NCBI GenBank assembly: GCA_016209325.1
Contig: JACQWJ010000034.1
Span: 220-64,219, forward strand
Length of the DNA: 64,000 nucleotides
Direction: 5' to 3'
Source of the DNA: Candidatus Uhrbacteria bacterium
GTDB taxonomy: Bacteria; Patescibacteriota; Patescibacteriia; UBA9934; GWF2-40-263
The translations under genes were made by a program, and so were the position numbers. This document shows positions 34,602-44,058 of this stretch, piece after piece. Below the pieces are notes generated by a model that was not told the DNA's origin, searched no databases, and was given only the letters and a program-made list of their open reading frames with translations. Numbering within the stretch: position 1 is the stretch's first letter; every line of letters starts with the position of its first letter.

Positions 34602-35559
34602 GCAGGTCTTTTTTTCGAAGCGCGCGGCGCTTGGCAAGCAGGGACGGCCAACGCGCCCGGGTTTGCTTCCACGCGTCCCTGAGAACAGAGGGACACTTAA
34701 CCAGATAAAATACAACTTTGACAAGCTCGAACGGAACGACGGCCCACGCATCCCGTACCAGATCCCTGAGCGTCAGATGGACGAGGAGGTTCCACCAATG
34801 GTTGCGGTAAGAGAAGAGCTCGAAAATGGGAGAAGTCCCGCGGTGGAGCAGAGACTGACGAAACGAGCGCTGGTGGTAGGCGACCGCCTCGGGCAGCACG
34901 ACCGCCTTCCACCCGCGGCGGAACAGCCGATAGGCTAGATCCACGTCTTCCTTGTACGATCCGTAGGCAGGATCAAACAGATGGCCGTCGTGGCTCGCGT
35001 CCAGAATCGCACTCCGCCGGTAAAACGGCAAGCATCCGGAAATACCGAAAACAGGAACGGAATCACGCCCCACCCGGAGGTCGGGCATTCCGGTCGCGGA
35101 ATCGGTCACTTTCCCCGTCGCGGAACGGACGAGTCCGAGCGAATCGACAACTGCCTGCGTCTCGGGCCTTCCTTCCTTGTTCCAATCCCACCGCAGAATC
35201 TTTCCGGTCGCCGCTCCGACGTCGGCGTGGGTTTCGAGATAGCTCCTCACGCGGACGATGAAATCCGGCTCAAGTATCGCGTCCTGATTGACGAGGAACA
35301 CGATGTCGGCTGCATGCTGTTCAAACAAGCGCTGATGTCCTCCCGCGAACCCCAGGTTCGTTTCCGAGGAGGCAAACGTGAACGGCAGATCCTGGCAGGA
35401 CGCGAAAAACGCCAAGGATTTTCGCTTCTCCTCAAAAACCGTGCTGTTTTCCAGGACAGCGAGATGCCAGTCGTGATCGGTCTGCCGACGCAGGGAATCG
35501 AACAGGACGGGGAGATACTGGGATCCATTGTAGGACAGGAGCTGCAGGGCGAGCGTCAT
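34588..35559 (-). CDS. glycosyltransferase family 2
   Basis: QLLSYNGSQYL...LENSTV...FLVNQDAIL GT2 motifs. Confidence 0.7.
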   Translation of the reverse strand: MTLALQLLSYNGSQYLPVLFDSLRRQTDHDWHLAVLENSTVFEEKRKSLAFFASCQDLPFTFASSETNLGFAGGHQRLFEQHAADIVFLVNQDAILEPDFIVRVRSYLETHADVGAATGKILRWDWNKEGRPETQAVVDSLGLVRSATGKVTDSATGMPDLRVGRDSVPVFGISGCLPFYRRSAILDASHDGHLFDPAYGSYKEDVDLAYRLFRRGWKAVVLPEAVAYHQRSFRQSLLHRGTSPIFELFSYRNHWWNLLVHLTLRDLVRDAWAVVPFELVKVVFYLVKCPSVLRDAWKQTRARWPSLLAKRRALRKKDLRYAP

Positions 35560-36428
35560 ACCGTTTTTCGCTTGCGCAAAAACCGCGCGAGGTCGACGCC
35601 AACCCCCATCAGAATCGCGAGCGGCCTAAGCGTCGCGAGGATTGCCGCCTGCCACTTCGGATGCCATTTCCAGAAATAGAAAACCATACTCCGAGTCAGC
35701 ATGGCCTGCTTGCGGCGCACGGGGTGCTGCTTGAAGCTTTGACCGACCAGGTCACGGCAGGCGACGTCCGCGCAGTAGCGTACACGGTAGCCCTCCTTGC
35801 GGACGCGCTTGCAGTAGTCCACTTCCTCAAACCAAATGAAGAAGCGCTCATCAAAAGGGCCGACCCGCTCGAACAGCTCCCGACGGAACGCGAAGTAAGA
35901 TCCCCGTACCTGCTCGACGTTCTGGGACGTCTCGTAGTCGAACTCCGCATACAGGTAGCGGTTGACGACAACAGGAAACAGGTGCGGCAGCTTGAGTACG
36001 ATGGCCAACTGATCCCGGAAGCCGGGATCGCGACGGACCGACCGGATGGGGTTTCCTTCTGGATTGGTCAGTTTGACTGTCAGGATCCCAATGTCGGGAT
36101 GGGCCATGAGCTCGTCGTAGGTACGCTCCAAGACACCTTCCTCAAGCAGCATGTCCGGATTGAGAAGAAGAATAACTTCTCCCGTCGACAGACGAAGGCC
36201 TTGGTTTACCGGATAGGCGAATCCCGCGTTCCAGTCATTCATGACCAGACGGACCTCCGGAAACTCCTCGCGCACCATCCGGGCGCTGCCGTCCTGCGAG
36301 CCGTTGTCGATGACGATGACCTCCTTCTCGTACCGACACGGAAGCGAAAACAGACGTGCGAGGTTTTCCCGGAGGATGTCACGCACGTTCCAATTAACGA
36401 TGACGATAGAAATTTGGGGAGAAGGCAT
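35556..36428 (-). CDS. glycosyltransferase family 2
   Basis: ISIVIVNWN...IVIDNGSQDGS...LLNPDML GT2 motifs. Confidence 0.75.
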   Translation of the reverse strand: MPSPQISIVIVNWNVRDILRENLARLFSLPCRYEKEVIVIDNGSQDGSARMVREEFPEVRLVMNDWNAGFAYPVNQGLRLSTGEVILLLNPDMLLEEGVLERTYDELMAHPDIGILTVKLTNPEGNPIRSVRRDPGFRDQLAIVLKLPHLFPVVVNRYLYAEFDYETSQNVEQVRGSYFAFRRELFERVGPFDERFFIWFEEVDYCKRVRKEGYRVRYCADVACRDLVGQSFKQHPVRRKQAMLTRSMVFYFWKWHPKWQAAILATLRPLAILMGVGVDLARFLRKRKTV

Positions 36429-36434
36429 GGGGTC

Positions 36435-37520
36435 TCAAAGCTCGACCATGGAATTGTCGCCGACGAACAGACGATGCCCGCTTGAAGGAGAAGACGCGAG
36501 ATGGGAGGTGATGGAGGCGTTGCGGCCGATCAGCGAACCGTCAATGCGGGGGGTGTCCTTGATAGTGGTCCTGTCGAGGATGATCGAATGTTCGATCTCC
36601 GAACCGTCGATGAGACACCCGGCACCGATCGTCGTGAACGGCCCGATAAAGGCATGGCTGATCTGCGTGTCCTTGCCGATAATGACGGGTCCGCGAATGA
36701 CGACGCGCGGCCCGATGCGGGCTCCCGCCTCAACCTTCACGAACCCCTCGATGGAAGCGGACGGATCGACTTCCCCCTCGATCACATACTGATCTTCGGG
36801 AAGGGAGTTCATGGCGAGGACATTTCCTTCCACAAGCTGGGCGGGACGGCCCGGATCCTTCCACCAGCCGTCAACCACGTCGTACCCGACGCGATACCGG
36901 TTCTGCAACAACCAGGTATGGATGTCCGAAATTTCGTATTCGCCCCGTTGGGAAGGCTGGATGTGCTGGAATGCCTCGAAGAAGCACTTGTCGTACACGT
37001 ACACCCCCGCCACCGCCAGGTCGCTCGGCGGTTCTTTCGGCTTCTCGATCACCCCGACCAGCTTGCCTTCCGGATCGAATTGCGCGACGCCCAGTTCGGT
37101 CAAGTTCGTGGCGCGGGACAGGGTCAGGGCACAGTTCAACACCTCCGCCCGGAAGCGCTCGACGATGTTCTTGATCCCGTTGCGAAAAATGTTGTCGCCC
37201 AAATGGAAGATGAACGGCTCGTCCTCGCCCAAGAACGCGCGCGCGTTATATACCGCGTGCGCGATCCCGCGGGGACCGCCCTCCTGTTCGATGTAGGTAA
37301 TGCGCGCTCCCCAGCGCGAGCCGTCCCCGACGACCTGCCGGACTTCCTTATCCCCAGGATTGACGTTGATGGCGATTTCGCGCGCGCCCGCTTCCACGAC
37401 GTTGCGAATCGGGTGGAAAAGCATCGGCTGGCCGGCAAGCGGCAGCAGGTGCTTGTTCATGGACCAAGTAAGCGGACGGAACCTGGTCGCGTGCCCCCCC
37501 GCGGCGATGATGGCTTTCAT
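36435..37520 (-). CDS. rfbA: glucose-1-phosphate thymidylyltransferase (long form with C-terminal hexapeptide-repeat domain)
   Basis: MKAIIAAGGHATRFRPLTWSMNKHLLPLAGQPML N-terminal NTP-transferase signature; left-handed beta-helix repeats at C-terminus. Confidence 0.75.
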   Translation of the reverse strand: MKAIIAAGGHATRFRPLTWSMNKHLLPLAGQPMLFHPIRNVVEAGAREIAINVNPGDKEVRQVVGDGSRWGARITYIEQEGGPRGIAHAVYNARAFLGEDEPFIFHLGDNIFRNGIKNIVERFRAEVLNCALTLSRATNLTELGVAQFDPEGKLVGVIEKPKEPPSDLAVAGVYVYDKCFFEAFQHIQPSQRGEYEISDIHTWLLQNRYRVGYDVVDGWWKDPGRPAQLVEGNVLAMNSLPEDQYVIEGEVDPSASIEGFVKVEAGARIGPRVVIRGPVIIGKDTQISHAFIGPFTTIGAGCLIDGSEIEHSIILDRTTIKDTPRIDGSLIGRNASITSHLASSPSSGHRLFVGDNSMVEL

Positions 37521-37541
37521 AAGATGGGTGCAGAAAGGCGG

Positions 37542-38396
37542 TTAGGATGCGGAAGCGGCGGCTTGCCGCTTGGCGCGGGCGTACTTTTCCATCGTGTCAC
37601 GGAGCGCCTCATGGACAGGACGCATGGCAATGCCGAGGGCAGCGAGGCGCTCTGAGGCCAGAACGTTGTTGGACCGCGGCTTTTTGGCAAGACCCATCGG
37701 AACAAGGTCCTCTTCGCGTATCCATTCGCACGTGTGCGTCGGGTCAACCAACTCTTCGTATAAGGCAATGAGATCCTGAAGTTTTACCGTTCCGGGATTG
37801 GTGGCGTGGAAAATGCCCGTTGCGCGCCGTTCCAGGAGAGCGTGGAGCACGGCTGGCAGGTCGTCCAGGATCGTCACGCTGTTTTCGATCTCCATGAGCT
37901 TGGGGTAATGAGCGACCTTGGTGATGTAATTCCCGGGACCGGGAATCGAATCGATCGGCATGCGAATACGGGCGATTCCGACGTTCGGAAGCGTCGACAG
38001 GACCAGGTCGGCCGCCCATTTGTTTCGGGAATACACGGGGGACGGATTCCCGAAGTCATCTTCGCGCCACGCCTTGTCGGGATGGGGGGCCTCGCCGTAA
38101 AAAATACAGCCCGACCCGATGTGAAGCAGGTACACACCGGCGTCGGCGCAGGCGTCGGCCAAGAGGAGCGGCATGAGCACGTTCCCGCGCATTGTTTCGA
38201 ACGGATGTGAATCGCACCAGTCAACATTCGGTTTCCCCTTAACACCCGCCGCATTCAGAACGACGTCCGGTTGCTGCCGACGAATTTCTTCCAACGCCTC
38301 CTCCTTACTGGTCACACGGACGTCAGATAGGACCGCATCCGGCCACGCGGCCTGGCAGCGCTTGCCAACGTATCCGTTTCCAAAAATCAGAACCTT
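37542..38396 (-). CDS. rfbD: dTDP-4-dehydrorhamnose reductase
   Basis: MKVLIFGNGYVGKRC Rossmann, YSRNKWAAD active-site Y-x3-K; RmlD length. Confidence 0.75.
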   Translation of the reverse strand, partial: KVLIFGNGYVGKRCQAAWPDAVLSDVRVTSKEEALEEIRRQQPDVVLNAAGVKGKPNVDWCDSHPFETMRGNVLMPLLLADACADAGVYLLHIGSGCIFYGEAPHPDKAWREDDFGNPSPVYSRNKWAADLVLSTLPNVGIARIRMPIDSIPGPGNYITKVAHYPKLMEIENSVTILDDLPAVLHALLERRATGIFHATNPGTVKLQDLIALYEELVDPTHTCEWIREEDLVPMGLAKKPRSNNVLASERLAALGIAMRPVHEALRDTMEKYARAKRQAAASAS

Positions 38397-38400
38397 CATA

Positions 38401-39408
38401 CTAACGCATGACGTATTGTTTTTTATAATATTCCAAATAGGCGCCCGACTTGAGGGGCTTCCACCAGGCTTCGTGCGTCTTATACCATTCCACCGTCTTT
38501 GCCAATCCGTCTTCAAGGGAAACCTCCGGCGCCCAGCCGAGCTCCCGCCGAATCTTGGACGCGTCGACCGCGTAGCGGCGATCGTGGCCCGGCCGGTCCT
38601 TCACGTGCTCGATGAAGGACGCGTCGCGGCCGCAGAGACCGAGCAGGAGGCGGGTAAGTTCGAGATTCGGCCGGCGCTCCTCGGTCCCGATGTTATACAC
38701 CTCGCCGGGAATCCCCTTCTCCAAAACCGCTTCAATGGCTCGACAGTGGTCTTCCGTAAAAATCCATTCGCGGACCTGCTGGCCGTCGCCGTATACCGGC
38801 ACGTTCTTCCCTTCCAGGAGATTGGTGATGAACAGGGGGATGACCTTTTCCGGATACTGATAGGGCCCGTAGAAGTTGCAGGAGTGGGTCACGATGACCG
38901 GGGTTCCGTACGTATGCGCGTACGCCCGGCACAGATGGTCTCCGCCGGCCTTGCTCGCCGAATACGGTGAGTTGGGCTCGAACGGGCTCATCTCGTTGAA
39001 CGTCCCGTCCTCGACGGATCCGAATACCTCGTCGGTCGAGACCTGGACCATCCTCCCGACGCCGTGCTTCTTTACCGCCTCAAGCAGGTGGTAGGTCCCG
39101 ATGACGTCGGTAAAGAGGAACGCCTTGGGATCCAGGATGGAGCGGTCGACGTGGGTCTCGGCCGCGTAGTTGACGACGGCGTCAAACGCGTGCGCGCCGA
39201 ACAGGGCCTCGACCGCGGCCTCGTCGGCCAGGTCCCCCCGCACAAAGACGTAACGGGAGTCGTCCTCCACGTCCCGGAGGTTCTCGAGGTTGCCGGCGTA
39301 GGTGAGCTTGTCGAAGTTGACGAGCTGAAGATCGGCATGCCGGGCAAGCATATGCCGGATAAAGTTGCTCCCCATGAACCCTGCCCCTCCCGTAACGAGA
39401 ATTCTCAT
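38401..39408 (-). CDS. rfbB: dTDP-glucose 4,6-dehydratase
   Basis: MRILVTGGAGFMGSNF, YAAETHVDRSI, YSASKAGGDHL catalytic Y-x3-K; RmlB length. Confidence 0.85.
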   Translation of the reverse strand: MRILVTGGAGFMGSNFIRHMLARHADLQLVNFDKLTYAGNLENLRDVEDDSRYVFVRGDLADEAAVEALFGAHAFDAVVNYAAETHVDRSILDPKAFLFTDVIGTYHLLEAVKKHGVGRMVQVSTDEVFGSVEDGTFNEMSPFEPNSPYSASKAGGDHLCRAYAHTYGTPVIVTHSCNFYGPYQYPEKVIPLFITNLLEGKNVPVYGDGQQVREWIFTEDHCRAIEAVLEKGIPGEVYNIGTEERRPNLELTRLLLGLCGRDASFIEHVKDRPGHDRRYAVDASKIRRELGWAPEVSLEDGLAKTVEWYKTHEAWWKPLKSGAYLEYYKKQYVMR

Positions 39409-39469
39409 AGTCGTTGCGAATGCCTAAGCCAAAAATCGATCGAATTCTACTGGTTCAAACGGCGTCCTG

Positions 39470-39772
39470 TCAATCGGAAACCGGCTCCTCGAACGTGTCG
39501 GCGGGGTCGTGGACCGTCGACGCGAGGACGCCCAAAATGGCGCCTTTGGGAACTGCGGCGCGGTGCCAGACCCCCGGCGGGATCAACAGCGCTCGCGAGG
39601 GGTCGGACAAGGAGACAACCTCTTCCATGTTCCCCTGACGTAGGGTAACGACGACGGTTCCGGCTACGGCAAGCATCGTTTCGTGCTTGCGGAGGTGGAA
39701 GTGGCCGCCATGTCCCCGTCCGCTTCCCTGCTCGTCCGAAAAGATGAAGTAGACTTCGGGAACGGCAAGCAC
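39470..39772 (-). CDS. cupin-fold dTDP-sugar epimerase/isomerase-like protein (RmlC / WxcM-FdtA-like); N-terminus uncertain
   Basis: RGHGGHFHLRKHETMLAVAGTVVVTL...LIPPGVWH...VLASTVHDPADTF resembles cupin sugar isomerase/epimerase core; frame open upstream to 39883 with no canonical start except GTG at 39772. Confidence 0.45.
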   Translation of the reverse strand: MLAVPEVYFIFSDEQGSGRGHGGHFHLRKHETMLAVAGTVVVTLRQGNMEEVVSLSDPSRALLIPPGVWHRAAVPKGAILGVLASTVHDPADTFEEPVSD

Positions 39773-39898
39773 CGCGCCTGCGGTCAGCGCGGGTATACGA
39801 ACCGAAATCAGACGCCCCTCCCCCTTCGAACCATCGGCCGGAAAAACATGCGTGTGCAGGTCAAGGACCTTCCAAGGAAATGTCTATACGCGCGGCCG

Positions 39899-40465
39899 TT
39901 AAGCCGACAATGGTTGCGCCGCGGCCAGCAAGGCAAAGACATGCGGCTTGGCAATGGCCCAGGCAGCGAGAGCGTATCCGTTAAACAAACCGCCGGAGGC
40001 GATGCGGCTATCAACTTCCTCCGGAAGGAGGGAAACGAGCTCGAACTCCTCGGTCTCGTCCGCCGCAGCCGGCTTGGGAATCAGGCAGGTTCCCAGGAAC
40101 ACGTAACCAGTCTCGTCCAGGAGGCCCGCGTCGGTGGCGAAGGTTCCGATCAGGCGCAGCGTCCGGGCCTCGAACCCCGTCTCTTCGGAAAGTTCGCCGC
40201 GCGCCGCCTCTTCGGGAGCCTGTCCCAGCTTGATGCCGCCCCCGGGAAATTCAAGACTGTCGCGGTCCAGAAGATAGCGATATTGGCTGACACACAAGAT
40301 GCGTCCCTCATCCGTGACGGGAATGACGGTGACGCCTCCCAGTGTATGCATGTAGTGGTACTCGCCCTGCTTGCCGCTTTTCAGCTGGAACCGGTCGATC
40401 CGGTATTCCCACCAGGGATTTCTAAAGCGCACCTGCGTGGACAAGCGTTTCCAGGCATGGAGCAT
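39899..40465 (-). CDS. NUDIX hydrolase
   Basis: Nudix box GGIKLGQAPEEAARGELSEETGFEA. Confidence 0.75.
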   Translation of the reverse strand: MLHAWKRLSTQVRFRNPWWEYRIDRFQLKSGKQGEYHYMHTLGGVTVIPVTDEGRILCVSQYRYLLDRDSLEFPGGGIKLGQAPEEAARGELSEETGFEARTLRLIGTFATDAGLLDETGYVFLGTCLIPKPAAADETEEFELVSLLPEEVDSRIASGGLFNGYALAAWAIAKPHVFALLAAAQPLSA

Positions 40466-40468
40466 ACA

Positions 40469-40873
40469 TTACAGTGCTCCGCGGACCTTCTCGGCCATGG
40501 CCGCAAGGTCTCCCGCCTCCGTCCCGTGCCACAGCTCGTAGCCGTCCCCGGGCCTGCGCGGCATGACGTGGAAGTGGGTGTGGAACACGACCTGTCCCGC
40601 CGCGGCGCCGGTGTTGACGCCGAGGTTGAACCCCTCGAAACCGACCGCGCGCAGGAGGGCAGGGGCGATCTTTTGGACCGCGTCCATGACGGCATGCAGA
40701 TCCTCGGGCGCCATATGGACCATGTTCGCGCTGTGGGTTTTGGGAATCACGAGGACGTGTCCCGGGTTCACTGGTTGGATGTCGAGAAACGCGAGAACGC
40801 GCTCGTCCTCGTATACCTTGTGGCAGGGAATCTCGCCTCGAACTATGTTGCAGAAGAGACAGTCGGGCATATG
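40469..40873 (-). CDS. HIT-family (histidine triad) protein
   Basis: CLFCNIV...VNPGHVLVIP...QVVFHTHFHVMPR (H-x-H-x-H-xx); start at MPDCLFCNIV (ORF-track extension to 41425 is spurious). Confidence 0.8.
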   Translation of the reverse strand, partial: HMPDCLFCNIVRGEIPCHKVYEDERVLAFLDIQPVNPGHVLVIPKTHSANMVHMAPEDLHAVMDAVQKIAPALLRAVGFEGFNLGVNTGAAAGQVVFHTHFHVMPRRPGDGYELWHGTEAGDLAAMAEKVRGAL

Positions 40874-41052
40874 TGGAGGGATGAGGGGGTTAGGGATTAG
40901 GGTGTTGGTGGTTGGGGGACGGCGGCAACCCCCTGGTAGTCCCCCTTGGGAAGGGGGACACGCGTTCCGGATCAGTTTCCCCTTCTTATCCAAGGAGGGG
41001 GTAGGGGAGGTTGCCGATGTGCTTGCTGAGGGAGTAAGCCAACAACTGACCG

Positions 41053-41427
41053 TTACTCTGAACGCAATGCCGACAGGACAAGAAACGGAACCAGGGCGAG
41101 GAGTCCGGCAACGAGTAGGACGTATCCATCGAACGCGCCGCGCAGGCTCCAGGCGACCGCAACGGCTGTGCCGGACAGAAAGAGCGCTGCAACTACCTGC
41201 AGCCATGGACGTCCATGGGGACCGTCCGTCTGCCACGGCAGGGCTCCCCACCAGACCCCGGAAGCGAGGAGAGGCAGGAAGAAAACGTGAAACGGAAGGT
41301 GGTTGGAAACAAAGCCGGGCCAAGCCCATTCCAGGCAGATCGCCGTCACGAGGGAGGCGAGAGACGCGAAGAACGCCGTGCGGGCCACGGCTTCGCGGGG
41401 ATCGAAATGGTCCCGTTGCGTCCACAT
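41053..41427 (-). CDS. hypothetical membrane protein (4 TM)
   Basis: Hydrophobic 124-aa ORF immediately downstream of 41431 gene. Confidence 0.4.
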   Translation of the reverse strand: MWTQRDHFDPREAVARTAFFASLASLVTAICLEWAWPGFVSNHLPFHVFFLPLLASGVWWGALPWQTDGPHGRPWLQVVAALFLSGTAVAVAWSLRGAFDGYVLLVAGLLALVPFLVLSALRSE

Positions 41428-41430
41428 ACG

Positions 41431-42945
41431 TCAGGGTGCCAGGCGTTCCCGTATTTCATCAGCCATCTTGTTCCAGGTCAACGGCTCGCGGCGCAGCGCG
41501 AGACGGATGCGCCCGAGGAGGAACGGTTCGTCCGGACTTGCTCCCGGAACGGAAAGGGCGAACTTCCAGGTGCCGTTCTCAACCGCGAACAGACCCGCGT
41601 CAAACGACGCTTCCGCCACGAGCCACTTCCCTTCTCGGTGCGGCGGTTGGTAATCGGCGATAACGTAATCGACCCCCAGGCGATCGAGGTCGGAGTGTCC
41701 GAGGAGGCGCACGGGATCGGGATTGAAGTACTGGTCCTCCGCGAAAGCCACATGACCGTCGGTGCGCAGGACGACGTCGCCCTTCGGAGCCTCCCCCCGC
41801 GCCACGCCGCCGGTCGAGACGTCGAGGAGATATTCCTGATACGGCTCCGCGACCTCGACCGCGTCTTCCCCCACGCGGAGCGTCTGGCGCGACTCCGCAT
41901 GTGTGGTCGCCGCGCGGATGCGCTTGGCCTCGGTCCAAAATGCAACCAGCGCCGGCTCCCGGCGATACCCGACGTCGTCGGCCAGGTAAACCGTGCTACC
42001 GAACACAATCTTCTGCTGCGCGGTGGTGAAGCGCCGGAAGAAGACGTCATGCTCGGCGCGAAGCTGGACCTTGTACACACCCTCGGGCAAGTTGGGAGCT
42101 TCCAGACGAAGGACCTGAAGCCCGGAGGGACGGGCGTTGTCGGTCGCGTTGCCGTCGTCCGCCGCCCGTACTTCGGCCACCGGCGATCCAGATTCGTTCA
42201 GCACAGTGACGACGACCGGGTCCGCGCCGTTCTTCCGGTTCATGTCCACGTAGGTGATGCCAAACCACAATATCTCATCTTTGATATAGGTCTGGAACTC
42301 ATGAAATCCGCGGAGGGAAACCTCGATCGTCCGTTCGGTGGAGGAAGGATGGTAGTCGGAAAGACGAAACGGGGCACGGAGGCCGTAATGGTAGGTCGCG
42401 ATGCGGCTGCGCTCGGGAAGGTCGCGCAGGAATTCCCCGATAGACGCGTACGTCGGCTCGCGCTGGAGAAGCAATAGACCATCCTCTTCCAGACGATGCC
42501 AGGACGAGCGGTCGATCAGCAAATTCTGGAGCGGCTTCAAATCGTATACCTCCCCCGAGGCTTGAGCGAGCACGCCCATCTCAACGATCGGGACGTCCTC
42601 GTTCTGAAACCAAACCTCAACATCGACCCGCGAAAAAGAACGATGCGGATGAACGAAGAACGTCACAGGGTCGCCGATGACAGGCTGAACCCAGTCCCCG
42701 TCCGCATCTTGAACCAGCTCCCCGGTACGAGCCTCGGGCAACACACGATCCATGAACGGCGAGCGCTCCTCGACGGACCGGTCGACAACGAACGTCCCGC
42801 TCGACACGAGGTTCTGCCAGCCAAGCCAAAAGAAGGCTCCGAGGGGAATGAGGAGGATGAGGGCTTGGAGAAGATGGGTGCGGAAACGAACAGTCACAGA
42901 AAACGAATCAAAACAATTTCTGAATGATCCGTTTGGAAATCTCAA
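41431..42945 (-). CDS. hypothetical protein with N-terminal TM/signal anchor (504 aa)
   Basis: Long ORF, one N-terminal hydrophobic helix, no recognised motif. Confidence 0.5.
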   Translation of the reverse strand: MRFPNGSFRNCFDSFSVTVRFRTHLLQALILLIPLGAFFWLGWQNLVSSGTFVVDRSVEERSPFMDRVLPEARTGELVQDADGDWVQPVIGDPVTFFVHPHRSFSRVDVEVWFQNEDVPIVEMGVLAQASGEVYDLKPLQNLLIDRSSWHRLEEDGLLLLQREPTYASIGEFLRDLPERSRIATYHYGLRAPFRLSDYHPSSTERTIEVSLRGFHEFQTYIKDEILWFGITYVDMNRKNGADPVVVTVLNESGSPVAEVRAADDGNATDNARPSGLQVLRLEAPNLPEGVYKVQLRAEHDVFFRRFTTAQQKIVFGSTVYLADDVGYRREPALVAFWTEAKRIRAATTHAESRQTLRVGEDAVEVAEPYQEYLLDVSTGGVARGEAPKGDVVLRTDGHVAFAEDQYFNPDPVRLLGHSDLDRLGVDYVIADYQPPHREGKWLVAEASFDAGLFAVENGTWKFALSVPGASPDEPFLLGRIRLALRREPLTWNKMADEIRERLAP

Positions 42946-43567
42946 TCCGTTTGTCTAAGTCCATCTCCTGATAAAGCTCGTCAAATAAATTGCCAAAATC
43001 TTTCAGTTCGACACGAAGATATTTTAACCGTTGCTTGGGAGCCGGAGTCCAACGGGCGTGAACGTCAAAGCAACGCTCCAATAATTCATTGTCTAAAATT
43101 TGGAGATAGAGATTTGCCGTCGGACGATCCTTGTCCTTAAAATATTCAATAGCCCGAATCTTGTCCTCAGCGTCAAAGCGTAAGTGCTTCAGTTTTTGCG
43201 CATCAGGCCGTTCTTTGCCCTTTCGTTCTAATTCCTGAGCAAACTGATGGATCTCCTCCATCACACCTTGAGGATCGTAAACAATTTTGGCATCTTTCCA
43301 GAGCTGCACAGCATCATTAGGATTCTTTCCATAAAAGTCTAGGGTGTCCTTTTTTGAAGCGTACACCATCTCAAAGGCCTGCCCATTCCTGAATTCAATA
43401 TCCCGCCAAACGCCTTCTGTTGTGACAACCAACACATCGACGTCGCTGTTGGGACGCTGTTCTCCTCGTGCATAAGAACCGAAGAGGGCGATTCCGACCA
43501 CGCTATCTTTCGCTTTGAGCTCGTCGACAAACGATTGGATGATCGATTCCATAAGAAGATGCATTGA
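42908..43567 (-). CDS. nucleotidyltransferase (minimal Pol-beta-like NTase with C-terminal helical domain; KNTase/MNT-like)
   Basis: IALFGSYARGEQRPNSDVDVLVV NTase G-S-x9-13-D-x-D motif; AT-rich islet beside tRNA. Confidence 0.6.
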   Translation of the reverse strand, partial: SMHLLMESIIQSFVDELKAKDSVVGIALFGSYARGEQRPNSDVDVLVVTTEGVWRDIEFRNGQAFEMVYASKKDTLDFYGKNPNDAVQLWKDAKIVYDPQGVMEEIHQFAQELERKGKERPDAQKLKHLRFDAEDKIRAIEYFKDKDRPTANLYLQILDNELLERCFDVHARWTPAPKQRLKYLRVELKDFGNLFDELYQEMDLDKRIEISKRIIQKLF

Positions 43568-43700
43568 CACGACAACCTTTTTATGATTTGATAATAGCAA
43601 GCGGATGGAGTCCCATGGACTTAATACCCGTTGTCACAAAAAGCTCCCCCCAGAAATGCGTGGGGATCTTTTTGTTTACGTTCATCCCGGGCCGGATCCG

Positions 43701-43777
43701 GGGCCCATGGGAGTAATTGGCAACTCCATTCGCTTTGACAACGGAAGTTGCGGGTTCAAGTCCCGCTGGGTCCACCA
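43701..43777 (+). tRNA. tRNA (77 nt, CCA encoded), anticodon uncertain; G3:U70 and A73
   Basis: Acceptor GGGCCCA/TGGGTCC, D-arm GGAG-TAATTGGCAA-CTCC, T-arm GCGGG-TTCAAGT-CCCGC, ACCA; anticodon arm TTCGC-TTTGACA-ACGGA with 31:39 C-A mismatch, loop UUGACA as in tRNA at 6774-6849. Confidence 0.65.
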
Positions 43778-44058
43778 TGGCTCGGGACCAACTACCACCC
43801 CGTCGCAAGACGGGGTGGTTGGGTTTATTCCTATAATTCATTCCATTTAAATTCATATGGATTCACATCCGCACGCTGCGATTATCTATTTGACAAAAAA
43901 GATCCGGGCTGTTATTCTTTTTCTAGATCACCACGAAAAGCGCCCTTCAAGGTTCCGTCCTTGCGGGGTTCTTTTCTTTTTCAAGACCGACAAATTTCTA
44001 CATCTATTAGATCCCTCCGAGACGTTCGGGATGACATATACATATACAAAAAACAATG

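Noticed and set aside
40876-40918. TTAGGG telomere-like repeats as actual telomere/linear-replicon end
   Set aside because: Only two units embedded in a generic G-rich tract, flanked by ordinary genes on both sides.
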